A stretch of 64,000 nt of DNA, from the NCBI GenBank assembly GCA_039807095.1, contig JBDHQM010000003.1:24620-88619 (forward strand), given 5' to 3'. Below are positions 53,417 through 61,255 of this stretch, piece by piece. Each line of letters starts with the position of its first letter. Positions within the stretch are counted from its first letter, which is position 1. Both the position numbers and the translations under genes were made by a program. This DNA is from Kiritimatiellia bacterium (lineage in GTDB: Bacteria; Verrucomicrobiota; Kiritimatiellia; CAIVKH01). Below the pieces are notes generated by a model. It saw only the letters and a program-made list of their open reading frames with translations, ran no database searches and was not told the DNA's origin.

Positions 53417-56400
53417 ATGAAGATTCTGAATGTACGGTTCAAGAATTTGAATTCGCTTGTTGGCGAGTGGGCGGTTGATTTCACCGATCCGGCGTATGCG
53501 AATGATGGAATTTTTGCGATCACCGGACCGACCGGCGCGGGGAAGACAACGATTCTCGATGCGATTTGCCTGGCGTTATATGGCGCGACGCCGCGACTGG
53601 GGAAAATTACGGCGGCGGCGAACGAAATTATGTCGCGGCACACGGCGGAATGTTTTGCCGAAGTGACGTTTGCGACATCGAAGGGCAGCTATCGGTGCCA
53701 ATGGAGCCAGCATCGCGCGCGTGGCAAAGCGGGCGGGTCGCTGCAAAATGCTCGACACGAATTGGCGGATGCCGCGACGGGTGAAATCAAGGAGTCGAAG
53801 GTCGGCCGGGTGCCGGATTGCGTGAAAGAAATCACCGGCATGGATTTTGAGCGTTTCACTCGCTCCATGATGCTGGCGCAGGGCCAGTTTGCCGCGTTTC
53901 TCGAAGCGAGGGCGGAGGAGCGCGCCGAGCTTTTGGAGGATATTACCGGGACCCAGATTTATTCGGATATCTCGATTTATGTGCACGAACGGCAACGGGA
54001 CGAGAAGATCGCGCTCGAAAAGCTCAAAGCTGAGATTTCGGGTATTTCCGTGCTTCTTCCTGAGGAGGAAGAGGCAATGCGTCAGGGGTTGGCTGCCAGC
54101 CGAGAGGTCGAGCAGGAAAAGAGTGCGGAACTGAAGCGTGCAGAAGCAGACGTTGCGTGGCTGAACGAGGTGGCGAAGCTGCGGAACGAGTTGATCGAAT
54201 TGCGCGGTGAAGCAGAGCAACTGGATCGAGAGGAAAGAGAGTTCGCGCCAAAACGTGAATTGTTGGCAAATGCCCTTCGCGCCGCTGTTCTGGACGCGGA
54301 ATACGCGAGGCTTGAGTCGCTGCGCAAGCAGCAACAGGAGGAAGAATCGCAGCGGGCAGGACTGGAGGCCAGGCTGCCCGCCATCGAGGCTGCGCTGGGC
54401 GCTTCGACTAAGGGCGTTGAAGAGGCGCAGAAGGCGCTGGCCTCGGCGCGCGCGGTGTTTCAGAAAGAGGAGCCTGTTTTGAAGGAGGTTCGTGCGCTCG
54501 ATCAGCGAATCGAGACGGACGAGAAGCGGATTCAGAAGGAGCGGCGCGAGAGTGCTGCGGCGGAGCAGGAGATTCAGGCTCAGGAAAAGACGCTGGCTCA
54601 GCGGCAGCAGCAGCGCAGTCGGATTGAACGCGACCTCGCCGTCACTGCGGATTATTTGAAGAAAAACGCGCGAGATAAGGCGTTGGTTTCCGGTTTTGAA
54701 GCGCTGGAGGCGAAGGTTGAGCAGTTGGCGGCGAAACAGGAGGAGCGGGAGAGAAAAGAAAAAGAGATCGAGGGCGCCAAGGAAGAGCTCGAAGAAGCAC
54801 ATCGCGCAAAGAGTGGTGCAGAGCGTCAAACGAAGGACCTCTCGAAGAAGGTTGATGAACTGAAAAAGCGAGTCGCTGCGCGCACGAGCGACTACGAGGA
54901 GTGTTTGGGCTCTGCGACGCTGCGCGAATTGCAGAAGGATCTTGAAGCCGCACAGCAAGAGCGGGTACTGCGGGCGAAGATTGCGGACCTCGAAGACGAG
55001 CGCGCGAAGCTGGTGGATGGCAAGCCGTGTCCGTTGTGCGGATCCAAAAAACATCCGTTTGCCGAAGGGAATATTCCGGAACTCGATGCGGTGGAGCGAA
55101 AAATTGTGCGCATTACCAAGCAGATTGAGAAGGCGGAGCAACTTAAAGAAGACGTACAGAAGATCGAACGGGAGATGACGGAGGCCCGGCAAAAGAAATC
55201 GGAGGCGGAAAAGAAACTTGTCGCTGTAGAGAAAGACGCATCGGCAGCGCAGAAAGCAATCGAGAAGGCTGAAAAAGAACTGCTCAAAGTGCGCAACGCT
55301 GCGGAAACGCTGCAGAAGGCGATTGCAGAAAAACTCGAGCCGTTTGGAATCAAGGGTGCTGAAGAAGACATTCAAGCTGCGCTGGATGAGCTGGAAACGC
55401 GTCTGAAGGCGTGGGAGGCGCAGAGTGAAAAGCAGAAGGCGCTGAAGGAGGAGCTTGGGGAGATAGACGCGACTGTGAAGTCGCTCACGAGTGTCATCCA
55501 GACGAAGCGCGAGGCGCTGAGTCGGAAACGCGTTGAACTTGCAGAGTTGGAAAAAGGTGTGGAAGCGACGCGAAAGGCGCGCGAGAAACTGTTCGGCGTG
55601 CGCAACCCGGATGCGGAAGAGAAGCGATGGAAGGCCGATATTGATAACGCGGAGCGAAATCTGAAGCCGATTGAGGAGCAGAAAGAGCGCAGCAAAGAGG
55701 AACGTGACAGCGTCAAGACGCGTCTTGATGCGCTGGCAAACAGTATTGGTGCCCGAAACGGGAAGTTAGTTGAGGCAGGCGAAGCCTTTTCCGTCTCGCT
55801 TGCGAAAGAGAAGTTTCAGGATGAATCCGATTTCCTGTCCGCCCGACTTACGGCTGAAGAGCGGGACGCACTTCAGCGCAATGCAGCGGAATTGGAGCGC
55901 CATCGGGCAGGGCTGAAGAGCAGGCGCGAGGATCGTGATCGCCGCCTCAAATTGGAGGAAGAGCGCAAACTGACGGACGCGCCGCTTGACGTCTGTGTTG
56001 CGAATGCAGACGCGTTGCGCAAAGCGTACGAAGAAACGCGCGATGCGAATGTCGAGGCGCAGTCGCGGCTGAAGCAGAATGAGGAAGCAAAAGCCGCAAT
56101 TGCGACGCGACAGGCGGCGGTGAATGCGCAACAGCGCGAGTGTGATCGCTGGTCAAATCTGGATGCGTTGATTGGGTCGGCGACCGGGAAAAAATTTCGC
56201 GACTTTGCACAGGGCCTGACGTTTCAAATTATGGTCAGTCACGCGAATAATCAGTTACAGCGCATGACGGATCGTTATTTGCTGACTCGCAATAAAGAAG
56301 AACCTCTGGAACTTTGCGTTGTTGATAATTACCAGGCTGCAGAGGTGCGTCCGACGAAGAACCTTTCCGGCGGAGAGAGTTTTATCGTCAGCCTCTCGCT

Positions 56401-56659
56401 GGCGTTGGGGTTGTCGCAGATGGTGAGCAATAAGGTGCAGGTGGATTCGCTCTTCCTTGATGAAGGTTTTGGCACGCTCGATGAGGACGCGTTGGATACG
56501 GCGCTTGAAGCGCTTTCCACATTGCAGCAGACCGGGAAGTTAATCGGCGTGATTTCTCACGTATCGAGCATGAAGGACCGGATTGCCACGAAAATTGCGG
56601 TTGAGCCGCAGAGTGGCGGCCGGAGCGTGATCTCCGGTCCGGGCTGTTCGGCGGCGTAG
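53417..56659 (+). CDS. sbcC: Exonuclease SbcCD, ATPase subunit C
   Basis: 1080 aa. Walker A GPTGAGKTT, very long coiled coil with central zinc hook CPLCGS, C-terminal LSGGESF and FLDEGFGTLD. Confidence 0.9.
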   Translation: MKILNVRFKNLNSLVGEWAVDFTDPAYANDGIFAITGPTGAGKTTILDAICLALYGATPRLGKITAAANEIMSRHTAECFAEVTFATSKGSYRCQWSQHRARGKAGGSLQNARHELADAATGEIKESKVGRVPDCVKEITGMDFERFTRSMMLAQGQFAAFLEARAEERAELLEDITGTQIYSDISIYVHERQRDEKIALEKLKAEISGISVLLPEEEEAMRQGLAASREVEQEKSAELKRAEADVAWLNEVAKLRNELIELRGEAEQLDREEREFAPKRELLANALRAAVLDAEYARLESLRKQQQEEESQRAGLEARLPAIEAALGASTKGVEEAQKALASARAVFQKEEPVLKEVRALDQRIETDEKRIQKERRESAAAEQEIQAQEKTLAQRQQQRSRIERDLAVTADYLKKNARDKALVSGFEALEAKVEQLAAKQEERERKEKEIEGAKEELEEAHRAKSGAERQTKDLSKKVDELKKRVAARTSDYEECLGSATLRELQKDLEAAQQERVLRAKIADLEDERAKLVDGKPCPLCGSKKHPFAEGNIPELDAVERKIVRITKQIEKAEQLKEDVQKIEREMTEARQKKSEAEKKLVAVEKDASAAQKAIEKAEKELLKVRNAAETLQKAIAEKLEPFGIKGAEEDIQAALDELETRLKAWEAQSEKQKALKEELGEIDATVKSLTSVIQTKREALSRKRVELAELEKGVEATRKAREKLFGVRNPDAEEKRWKADIDNAERNLKPIEEQKERSKEERDSVKTRLDALANSIGARNGKLVEAGEAFSVSLAKEKFQDESDFLSARLTAEERDALQRNAAELERHRAGLKSRREDRDRRLKLEEERKLTDAPLDVCVANADALRKAYEETRDANVEAQSRLKQNEEAKAAIATRQAAVNAQQRECDRWSNLDALIGSATGKKFRDFAQGLTFQIMVSHANNQLQRMTDRYLLTRNKEEPLELCVVDNYQAAEVRPTKNLSGGESFIVSLSLALGLSQMVSNKVQVDSLFLDEGFGTLDEDALDTALEALSTLQQTGKLIGVISHVSSMKDRIATKIAVEPQSGGRSVISGPGCSAA

Positions 56660-56718
56660 GCGCAGTGATCGGCAACTTCCGCCTGAAACGGAAAGACGGC
56701 CCCACCTTTAGTTGCTTT

Positions 56719-58347
56719 TCAGTGACGGAAGTGGCGCATGCCGGTGAATGCCATTGCGATGCCGTACTGGTCGCATGCGGCGACGACTTCCTCGTCTTTG
56801 CGGGAGCCGCCGGGCTGGACGATGTAGCGGATGCCGGCCTCGGCCGCTTGCTCGACCGTGTCGGGGAAGGGGAAAAACGCGTCTGAGATCAACACGCTTT
56901 CGCGAAGAATCTGGTCGTGGAATTCTTTGAATGAAACGCCGTAGGTGTTCTTTTTCTCGTAGAGCGCGGCGATGTTGTCTTCGGCGCGCGGTACAGCGAG
57001 TTTGCGGAGCGAGTCCACGCGATTGGGCTGACCTGCGCCCATTCCGAGGAGCATGTACTGGCCCGGCGCGTGTTCGCGGACGATGACGATTGCGTTGGAT
57101 TTGACGTGTTTGCAGGCTTTGATGCCGAATTCGGCGAGCGCTTTTTTCTCTTCCGGAAAGAACGCTGCAGTGGGGACCATCCACTGCGAGAGGGTTTCCA
57201 CATCGCGGCTCTGGATGAGAAGTCCGCCGTTGATTTGGCGCAGCACAGAGCCGGGGGCGGCGGGTGCGAGTGGCGCGCGCAGTTTCAGGATGCGTATCTG
57301 CTTGCTTTTCGCGCGAAGGAATTCGAGCGCGTCGGCGTCATAGTCCGGCGCAATCAGCACTTCAATGAAACGGTTTGCCGTGAGTTGCGCTGTGGCGAGG
57401 TCCACCGGTGTGGTGGTTGCGATCACGCTGCCGAAAGCAGAAACGGGGTCGCCCGCCCAGGCTGCTTCAAACGCTTCGGCGAGAGTCGCGCCAGTGGCGA
57501 ATCCACACGGATTGCCGTGCTTGACGATAGCCACTCCGGGGTGTCCGGCGAGTTCGCGGACAGCCTCGAGTGCGGCATCGCCATCGAGGTAGTTGTTGTA
57601 GGACATTTCCTTTCCGTGGAGGATGTCGGTATGTGCGATGCACGCCTCGTCCGTCTCCGGATAGCGATAGAACGCGGCGTCCTGGTGTGGATTTTCGCCG
57701 TAGCGCAGGCGTTCACCCGAGGCGAATGAGAGATTGAAGGGCGGCGCGTGTTGCGGGGTGGCCACGCTGCTCAAATAGGAGGCGATTGCGCCGTCGTAGC
57801 GCGATTGTTGCGCAAAAACTTTGATCGCGAGTTCGCGGCGGAGCTCCGGTGTTGTGTTTCCGCCGTTTTCTTTCAATTCGGCGAGGACGCGTGGGTAATC
57901 GGCGGGATCCGTGACGACCGTGACGGAGGCGTGGTTTTTCGCCGCGGAGCGGAGCATGGTGGGGCCACCGATATCAATGTTTTCAATCGCATCGTCGAAT
58001 GTGATGTCGGGTTTGGCGATTGTGGATTCGAAAGGGTAGAGATTGACGGCGACCAGATCAATCGGCTGGAGCCCGTGTTTGGCCATCGTGGCTTCGTGTT
58101 CTTTGTTTCCGCGCAGGCACAAAAGACCGGCGTGTACGGTGGGGTGCAACGTCTTCACGCGCCCGTCGAGCATTTCGGGGAAGCCGGTGAATTCGGCGAT
58201 GTCTTTGACGGTGAGCCCTGCGGCCTTGAGCAGGCGCGCAGTGCCGCCGGTGGATATAAGTTCGATACCGAGGTCCGCGAGGCCCTGGGCGAACTCGGTT
58301 ATGCCTGTTTTATCGGAAACACTGAGTAGAGCGCGTTGTATTTTCAT
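56719..58347 (-). CDS. purH: Bifunctional AICAR transformylase / IMP cyclohydrolase
   Basis: Start at ATG 58347: [15 protein letters not shown] (MGS-like domain). C-terminal ...[12 protein letters not shown]. Confidence 0.95.
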   Translation of the reverse strand: MKIQRALLSVSDKTGITEFAQGLADLGIELISTGGTARLLKAAGLTVKDIAEFTGFPEMLDGRVKTLHPTVHAGLLCLRGNKEHEATMAKHGLQPIDLVAVNLYPFESTIAKPDITFDDAIENIDIGGPTMLRSAAKNHASVTVVTDPADYPRVLAELKENGGNTTPELRRELAIKVFAQQSRYDGAIASYLSSVATPQHAPPFNLSFASGERLRYGENPHQDAAFYRYPETDEACIAHTDILHGKEMSYNNYLDGDAALEAVRELAGHPGVAIVKHGNPCGFATGATLAEAFEAAWAGDPVSAFGSVIATTTPVDLATAQLTANRFIEVLIAPDYDADALEFLRAKSKQIRILKLRAPLAPAAPGSVLRQINGGLLIQSRDVETLSQWMVPTAAFFPEEKKALAEFGIKACKHVKSNAIVIVREHAPGQYMLLGMGAGQPNRVDSLRKLAVPRAEDNIAALYEKKNTYGVSFKEFHDQILRESVLISDAFFPFPDTVEQAAEAGIRYIVQPGGSRKDEEVVAACDQYGIAMAFTGMRHFRH

Positions 58348-58375
58348 AAATTTGAATTCAGCGAGCGAAAGATTT

Positions 58376-58406
58376 TTAACCACGGATTTCACTGATGTTC
58401 ACGGAT
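58376..58406. repeat. Left terminal inverted repeat of the GxxExxY cassette
   Basis: ttaaccacggatttcactgatgttcacggat matches the reverse complement of 58803-58833 at 28 of 31 positions. Confidence 0.8.
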
Positions 58407-58418
58407 GTAGAAGACGGA

Positions 58419-58814
58419 TTAGAGGGCAAGGCGTTGCCATTGGAGTCTGGGTTGTGAGAAATTAATAATCACCCCAATTTTGAATTTGGTGACTTTCAGA
58501 TAATTAAGAATCTGGCCGTGTTCGTATTCGGTGATTCTCGGAATGACCTTCGTTTCAACGATGATATTGTCGAACACGACAAAGTCGGGAATAAATTCAC
58601 CCGCCGTGATGTCTTTGAATCGAACTTCAAAGGAGCGCTGTTGATCGTACGGAATACCCCGGAGATCGAATTCACGAGCGAGGGCGTTTTCATAGATTTT
58701 TTCTAAAAAGCCATGTCCGATAGTGGAATGGACTTCCATGGCAGCGCCAATAATCGCGTAGGTCTCCTCCTCGAATTGGAGCTTCTTATTTCCCTTCTCT
58801 GTATCCGTGGGCAT
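58419..58814 (-). CDS. GxxExxY-family protein (PD-(D/E)XK-like)
   Basis: 131 aa with the eponymous motif GFLEKIY and downstream DFVVFDNIIVETK (D...E-x-K). AT-richer than its neighbours (26 G+C in the 60 nt of line 58501). Confidence 0.85.
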   Translation of the reverse strand: MPTDTEKGNKKLQFEEETYAIIGAAMEVHSTIGHGFLEKIYENALAREFDLRGIPYDQQRSFEVRFKDITAGEFIPDFVVFDNIIVETKVIPRITEYEHGQILNYLKVTKFKIGVIINFSQPRLQWQRLAL

Positions 58815-58833
58815 CCGTGAAATCCGTGGTTAA
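58803..58833. repeat. Right terminal inverted repeat of the GxxExxY cassette
   Basis: atccgtgggcatccgtgaaatccgtggttaa. Contains the cassette gene's ATG (58814) and overlaps the purM stop codon (58830-58832). Confidence 0.8.
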
Positions 58834-59858
58834 GAAAGGATGACCTTCCGGGTGCCTTTGGTGACGTGGCCGATGAGGGTGGGGGTTTCGCCTGCGGTGC
58901 GGAGGGTGGTGAGGGCGCGGGTGAGGTCGCGGGGGCGGACGGCGATGACGTAGCCGATGCCCATGTTGAAGACGCGGTACATTTCGTCGGTGCGGACGTT
59001 GCCTGCGTCCTGAATGAATTGGAATACCGCAGGGGGTGTCCACGTGGAGGTGTCCACGACGGCGTTCACGTTTTTCGGCAGGATGCGGGGAAGGTTGTCG
59101 GGGAAGCCGCCGCCGGTGATGTGGGCCATGCCGCGGATGTTGACCTTTTTCATTAAGGCTTGAACGGGCTTGAGGTAGCTGCGGTGCACGGCGAGCAGGA
59201 CGTCGGCGACGCTCTGCTTGGTGCCGGGGAAGGTGTCATCGCACTCGAGTTGCGCCTTGCGGAAGACGACGGCGCGGGCGAGTGAGTAGCCGTTGGTGTG
59301 GAGGCCGGAAGAGGGCAGGCCGATGAGCGCGTCGCCGGGTTTGATGTCTGCGCCGGTGACGAGTTTCTTCTTTGGCACGGCGCCGACAATGGTGCCGACG
59401 AGATCGTATTCGCCGTCAGGATAGAGGTCGGGAAGTTCAGCCGTTTCGCCGCCGATGAGGGCGCAGTTGTTTTCGCGGCAGGCCTTGCAGAGGCCGTCAA
59501 TGAGTTGCGCCATGACGCTTTGGTCAATCTTGCCGAGGCCGATGTAGTCGAGGAAGAAGAGAGGGGACGCGCCTTGTACAAGGATGTCGTTGACGCAGTG
59601 GTTGACGATGTCCTGGCCGACGGTGTCGTGGCGACCCGCGCGCACGGCGACTTTGAGTTTGGTGCCCACTCCGTCGGCGCTGCTGACGAGGAGATGGTCC
59701 TTGCCGGGCGATTGGAAGAGGCCGCCGAACGAGCCGAAGTCGCCGATGACACCGGCGGTGTGGGTCGCGGAGATTTTCTTTTTCGCGCGGGAAAGCGCGT
59801 TCATCTTGGCGTCAATATTGACGCCGCTGGCTCCGTATGCGCTCGTGTTCTTTTTCAT
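58830..59858 (-). CDS. purM: Phosphoribosylformylglycinamidine cyclo-ligase (AIR synthetase)
   Basis: YGASGVNIDA...IGDFGSFGGLF...DGVGTK motifs. Confidence 0.95.
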   Translation of the reverse strand: MKKNTSAYGASGVNIDAKMNALSRAKKKISATHTAGVIGDFGSFGGLFQSPGKDHLLVSSADGVGTKLKVAVRAGRHDTVGQDIVNHCVNDILVQGASPLFFLDYIGLGKIDQSVMAQLIDGLCKACRENNCALIGGETAELPDLYPDGEYDLVGTIVGAVPKKKLVTGADIKPGDALIGLPSSGLHTNGYSLARAVVFRKAQLECDDTFPGTKQSVADVLLAVHRSYLKPVQALMKKVNIRGMAHITGGGFPDNLPRILPKNVNAVVDTSTWTPPAVFQFIQDAGNVRTDEMYRVFNMGIGYVIAVRPRDLTRALTTLRTAGETPTLIGHVTKGTRKVILS

Positions 59859-59867
59859 GGGATCCTC

Positions 59868-61160
59868 TTAGAGTCCGACTGCTTTGAAGGTGCGGTTGAC
59901 GTCGCGGAAGTGAGTTTTGATGTCGAAAACGCGGTCGAGGTCGTCTGCGCCGACGTGCTGCGCGATGTCGGGGTCTTTGGCGAGCAGGTCTTTGAGGTGT
60001 TCGCCGGTTTCCCACGCGCGCATGGCGTTGCGCTGGACAACGCGATAGGCGATTTCGCGGCTGACCCCTTTCTCCGTAAGCATGAGAAGGACTTGCTGCG
60101 AGTGGATGAGGCCGTGCGTCAGTTCGAGGTTCCGCTTCATGTTTTCGGGAAACACGGTGAGGGTGCGCACGACGAATTCGAGTTTGCTGATCATGTAGTC
60201 CAGCGCGATGGTGGCGTCGGGCAGGGCGACGCGTTCGGCGGAGGAGTGCGAGATGTCGCGCTCGTGCCAGAGTGGCACGTTTTCGAGTCCGGTGAGCGCA
60301 TAGCCGCGGATGAGGCGGGCGAGGCCGCAGAGGCGTTCGCCGAGAATCGGGTTGCGCTTGTGCGGCATGGCGGAGGAGCCCTTCTGATCCTTGCCGAAGT
60401 ATTCCTCGACTTCGCGTACCTCGGTGCGCTGAAGGTGGCGGAACTCCATTGCCCAGCGTTCGATTGATCCGGCGACGAGCGCGAGGGCGGTGAGATATTC
60501 CGCGTGCAGGTCGCGCTGCAGAATCTGCGTGGAGATGGGTGCGACGTTGAGGCCAAGTTTTTTGCAGACGTAGGCTTCGACCTTGGGATCGAGGTGGGCG
60601 TGTGTGCCGACGGCGCCGGATAGTTGGCCGACGCGTACGGTTTCGCGCGCGGTTTGGAGGCGGGCGAGCGCGCGGCCGAATTCGTCATACATCAACGCCA
60701 TTTTGAGGCCGAAGGTGATGGGTTCCGCGTGGATGCCGTGCGAGCGGCCGATCATCGGTGTGAATTTGTGTTTACGCGCTTGCGCGGCGATGGCCTTGCG
60801 GAGGGTTTTGATCCCTGCGATGAGGAGGTCGGCCGCCTGCACCATTTGTACCGCGAGCGCAGTGTCAATGACGTCGGAGCTGGTGAGGCCCTTGTGTATG
60901 AAGCGGGCAGAGGGGCCAACGTATTCGGCGACGTTGGTGAGGAATGCGATGACGTCGTGGTTGACCTCGCGTTCAATCTCGTCAATTCGCGCGACGTCGA
61001 ACTTTGCGCGCTTTTGGATGCGCTGGAGGTCGGCGGCAGGGATGTCGCCGAGTTTGTGGAGTGCCTCGCAGGCGAGCACCTCGACGCGGAGCCAGATTGC
61101 GAACTTGTTTTCGTCAGTCCAAATGCGGCTCATTTCGGGCCGCGAATAGCGTGGAATCAT
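59868..61160 (-). CDS. purB: Adenylosuccinate lyase
   Basis: MIPRYSRPEMSRIW N-terminus and the fumarate-lyase signature GSSAMPHKRNP. Confidence 0.95.
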   Translation of the reverse strand: MIPRYSRPEMSRIWTDENKFAIWLRVEVLACEALHKLGDIPAADLQRIQKRAKFDVARIDEIEREVNHDVIAFLTNVAEYVGPSARFIHKGLTSSDVIDTALAVQMVQAADLLIAGIKTLRKAIAAQARKHKFTPMIGRSHGIHAEPITFGLKMALMYDEFGRALARLQTARETVRVGQLSGAVGTHAHLDPKVEAYVCKKLGLNVAPISTQILQRDLHAEYLTALALVAGSIERWAMEFRHLQRTEVREVEEYFGKDQKGSSAMPHKRNPILGERLCGLARLIRGYALTGLENVPLWHERDISHSSAERVALPDATIALDYMISKLEFVVRTLTVFPENMKRNLELTHGLIHSQQVLLMLTEKGVSREIAYRVVQRNAMRAWETGEHLKDLLAKDPDIAQHVGADDLDRVFDIKTHFRDVNRTFKAVGL

Positions 61161-61255
61161 GGTTGCGGAATCCTCTCAAAGACCGATTGGTAGCAAAGGT
61201 TTTCCGGAACGGAAACCAGAAAGCGGGGCGGGGGGCGAAAAAGTGGTTTTCCGCC

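Noticed and set aside
52184-56659. SbcD/SbcC pair as an SMC-type defence system (Lamassu-, Wadjet- or Gabija-like)
   Set aside because: Mre11-type phosphoesterase motifs and a Rad50-type ATPase with a CPLC zinc hook match ordinary SbcCD. No additional system-specific genes are adjacent apart from an unrelated GNAT gene.
58348-58392. Longer purH start at 58392 (MKSVVKNLSLAEFKF...)
   Set aside because: The extension runs into the left inverted repeat of the GxxExxY cassette. The conserved PurH N-terminus ([15 protein letters not shown]) begins at ATG 58347.
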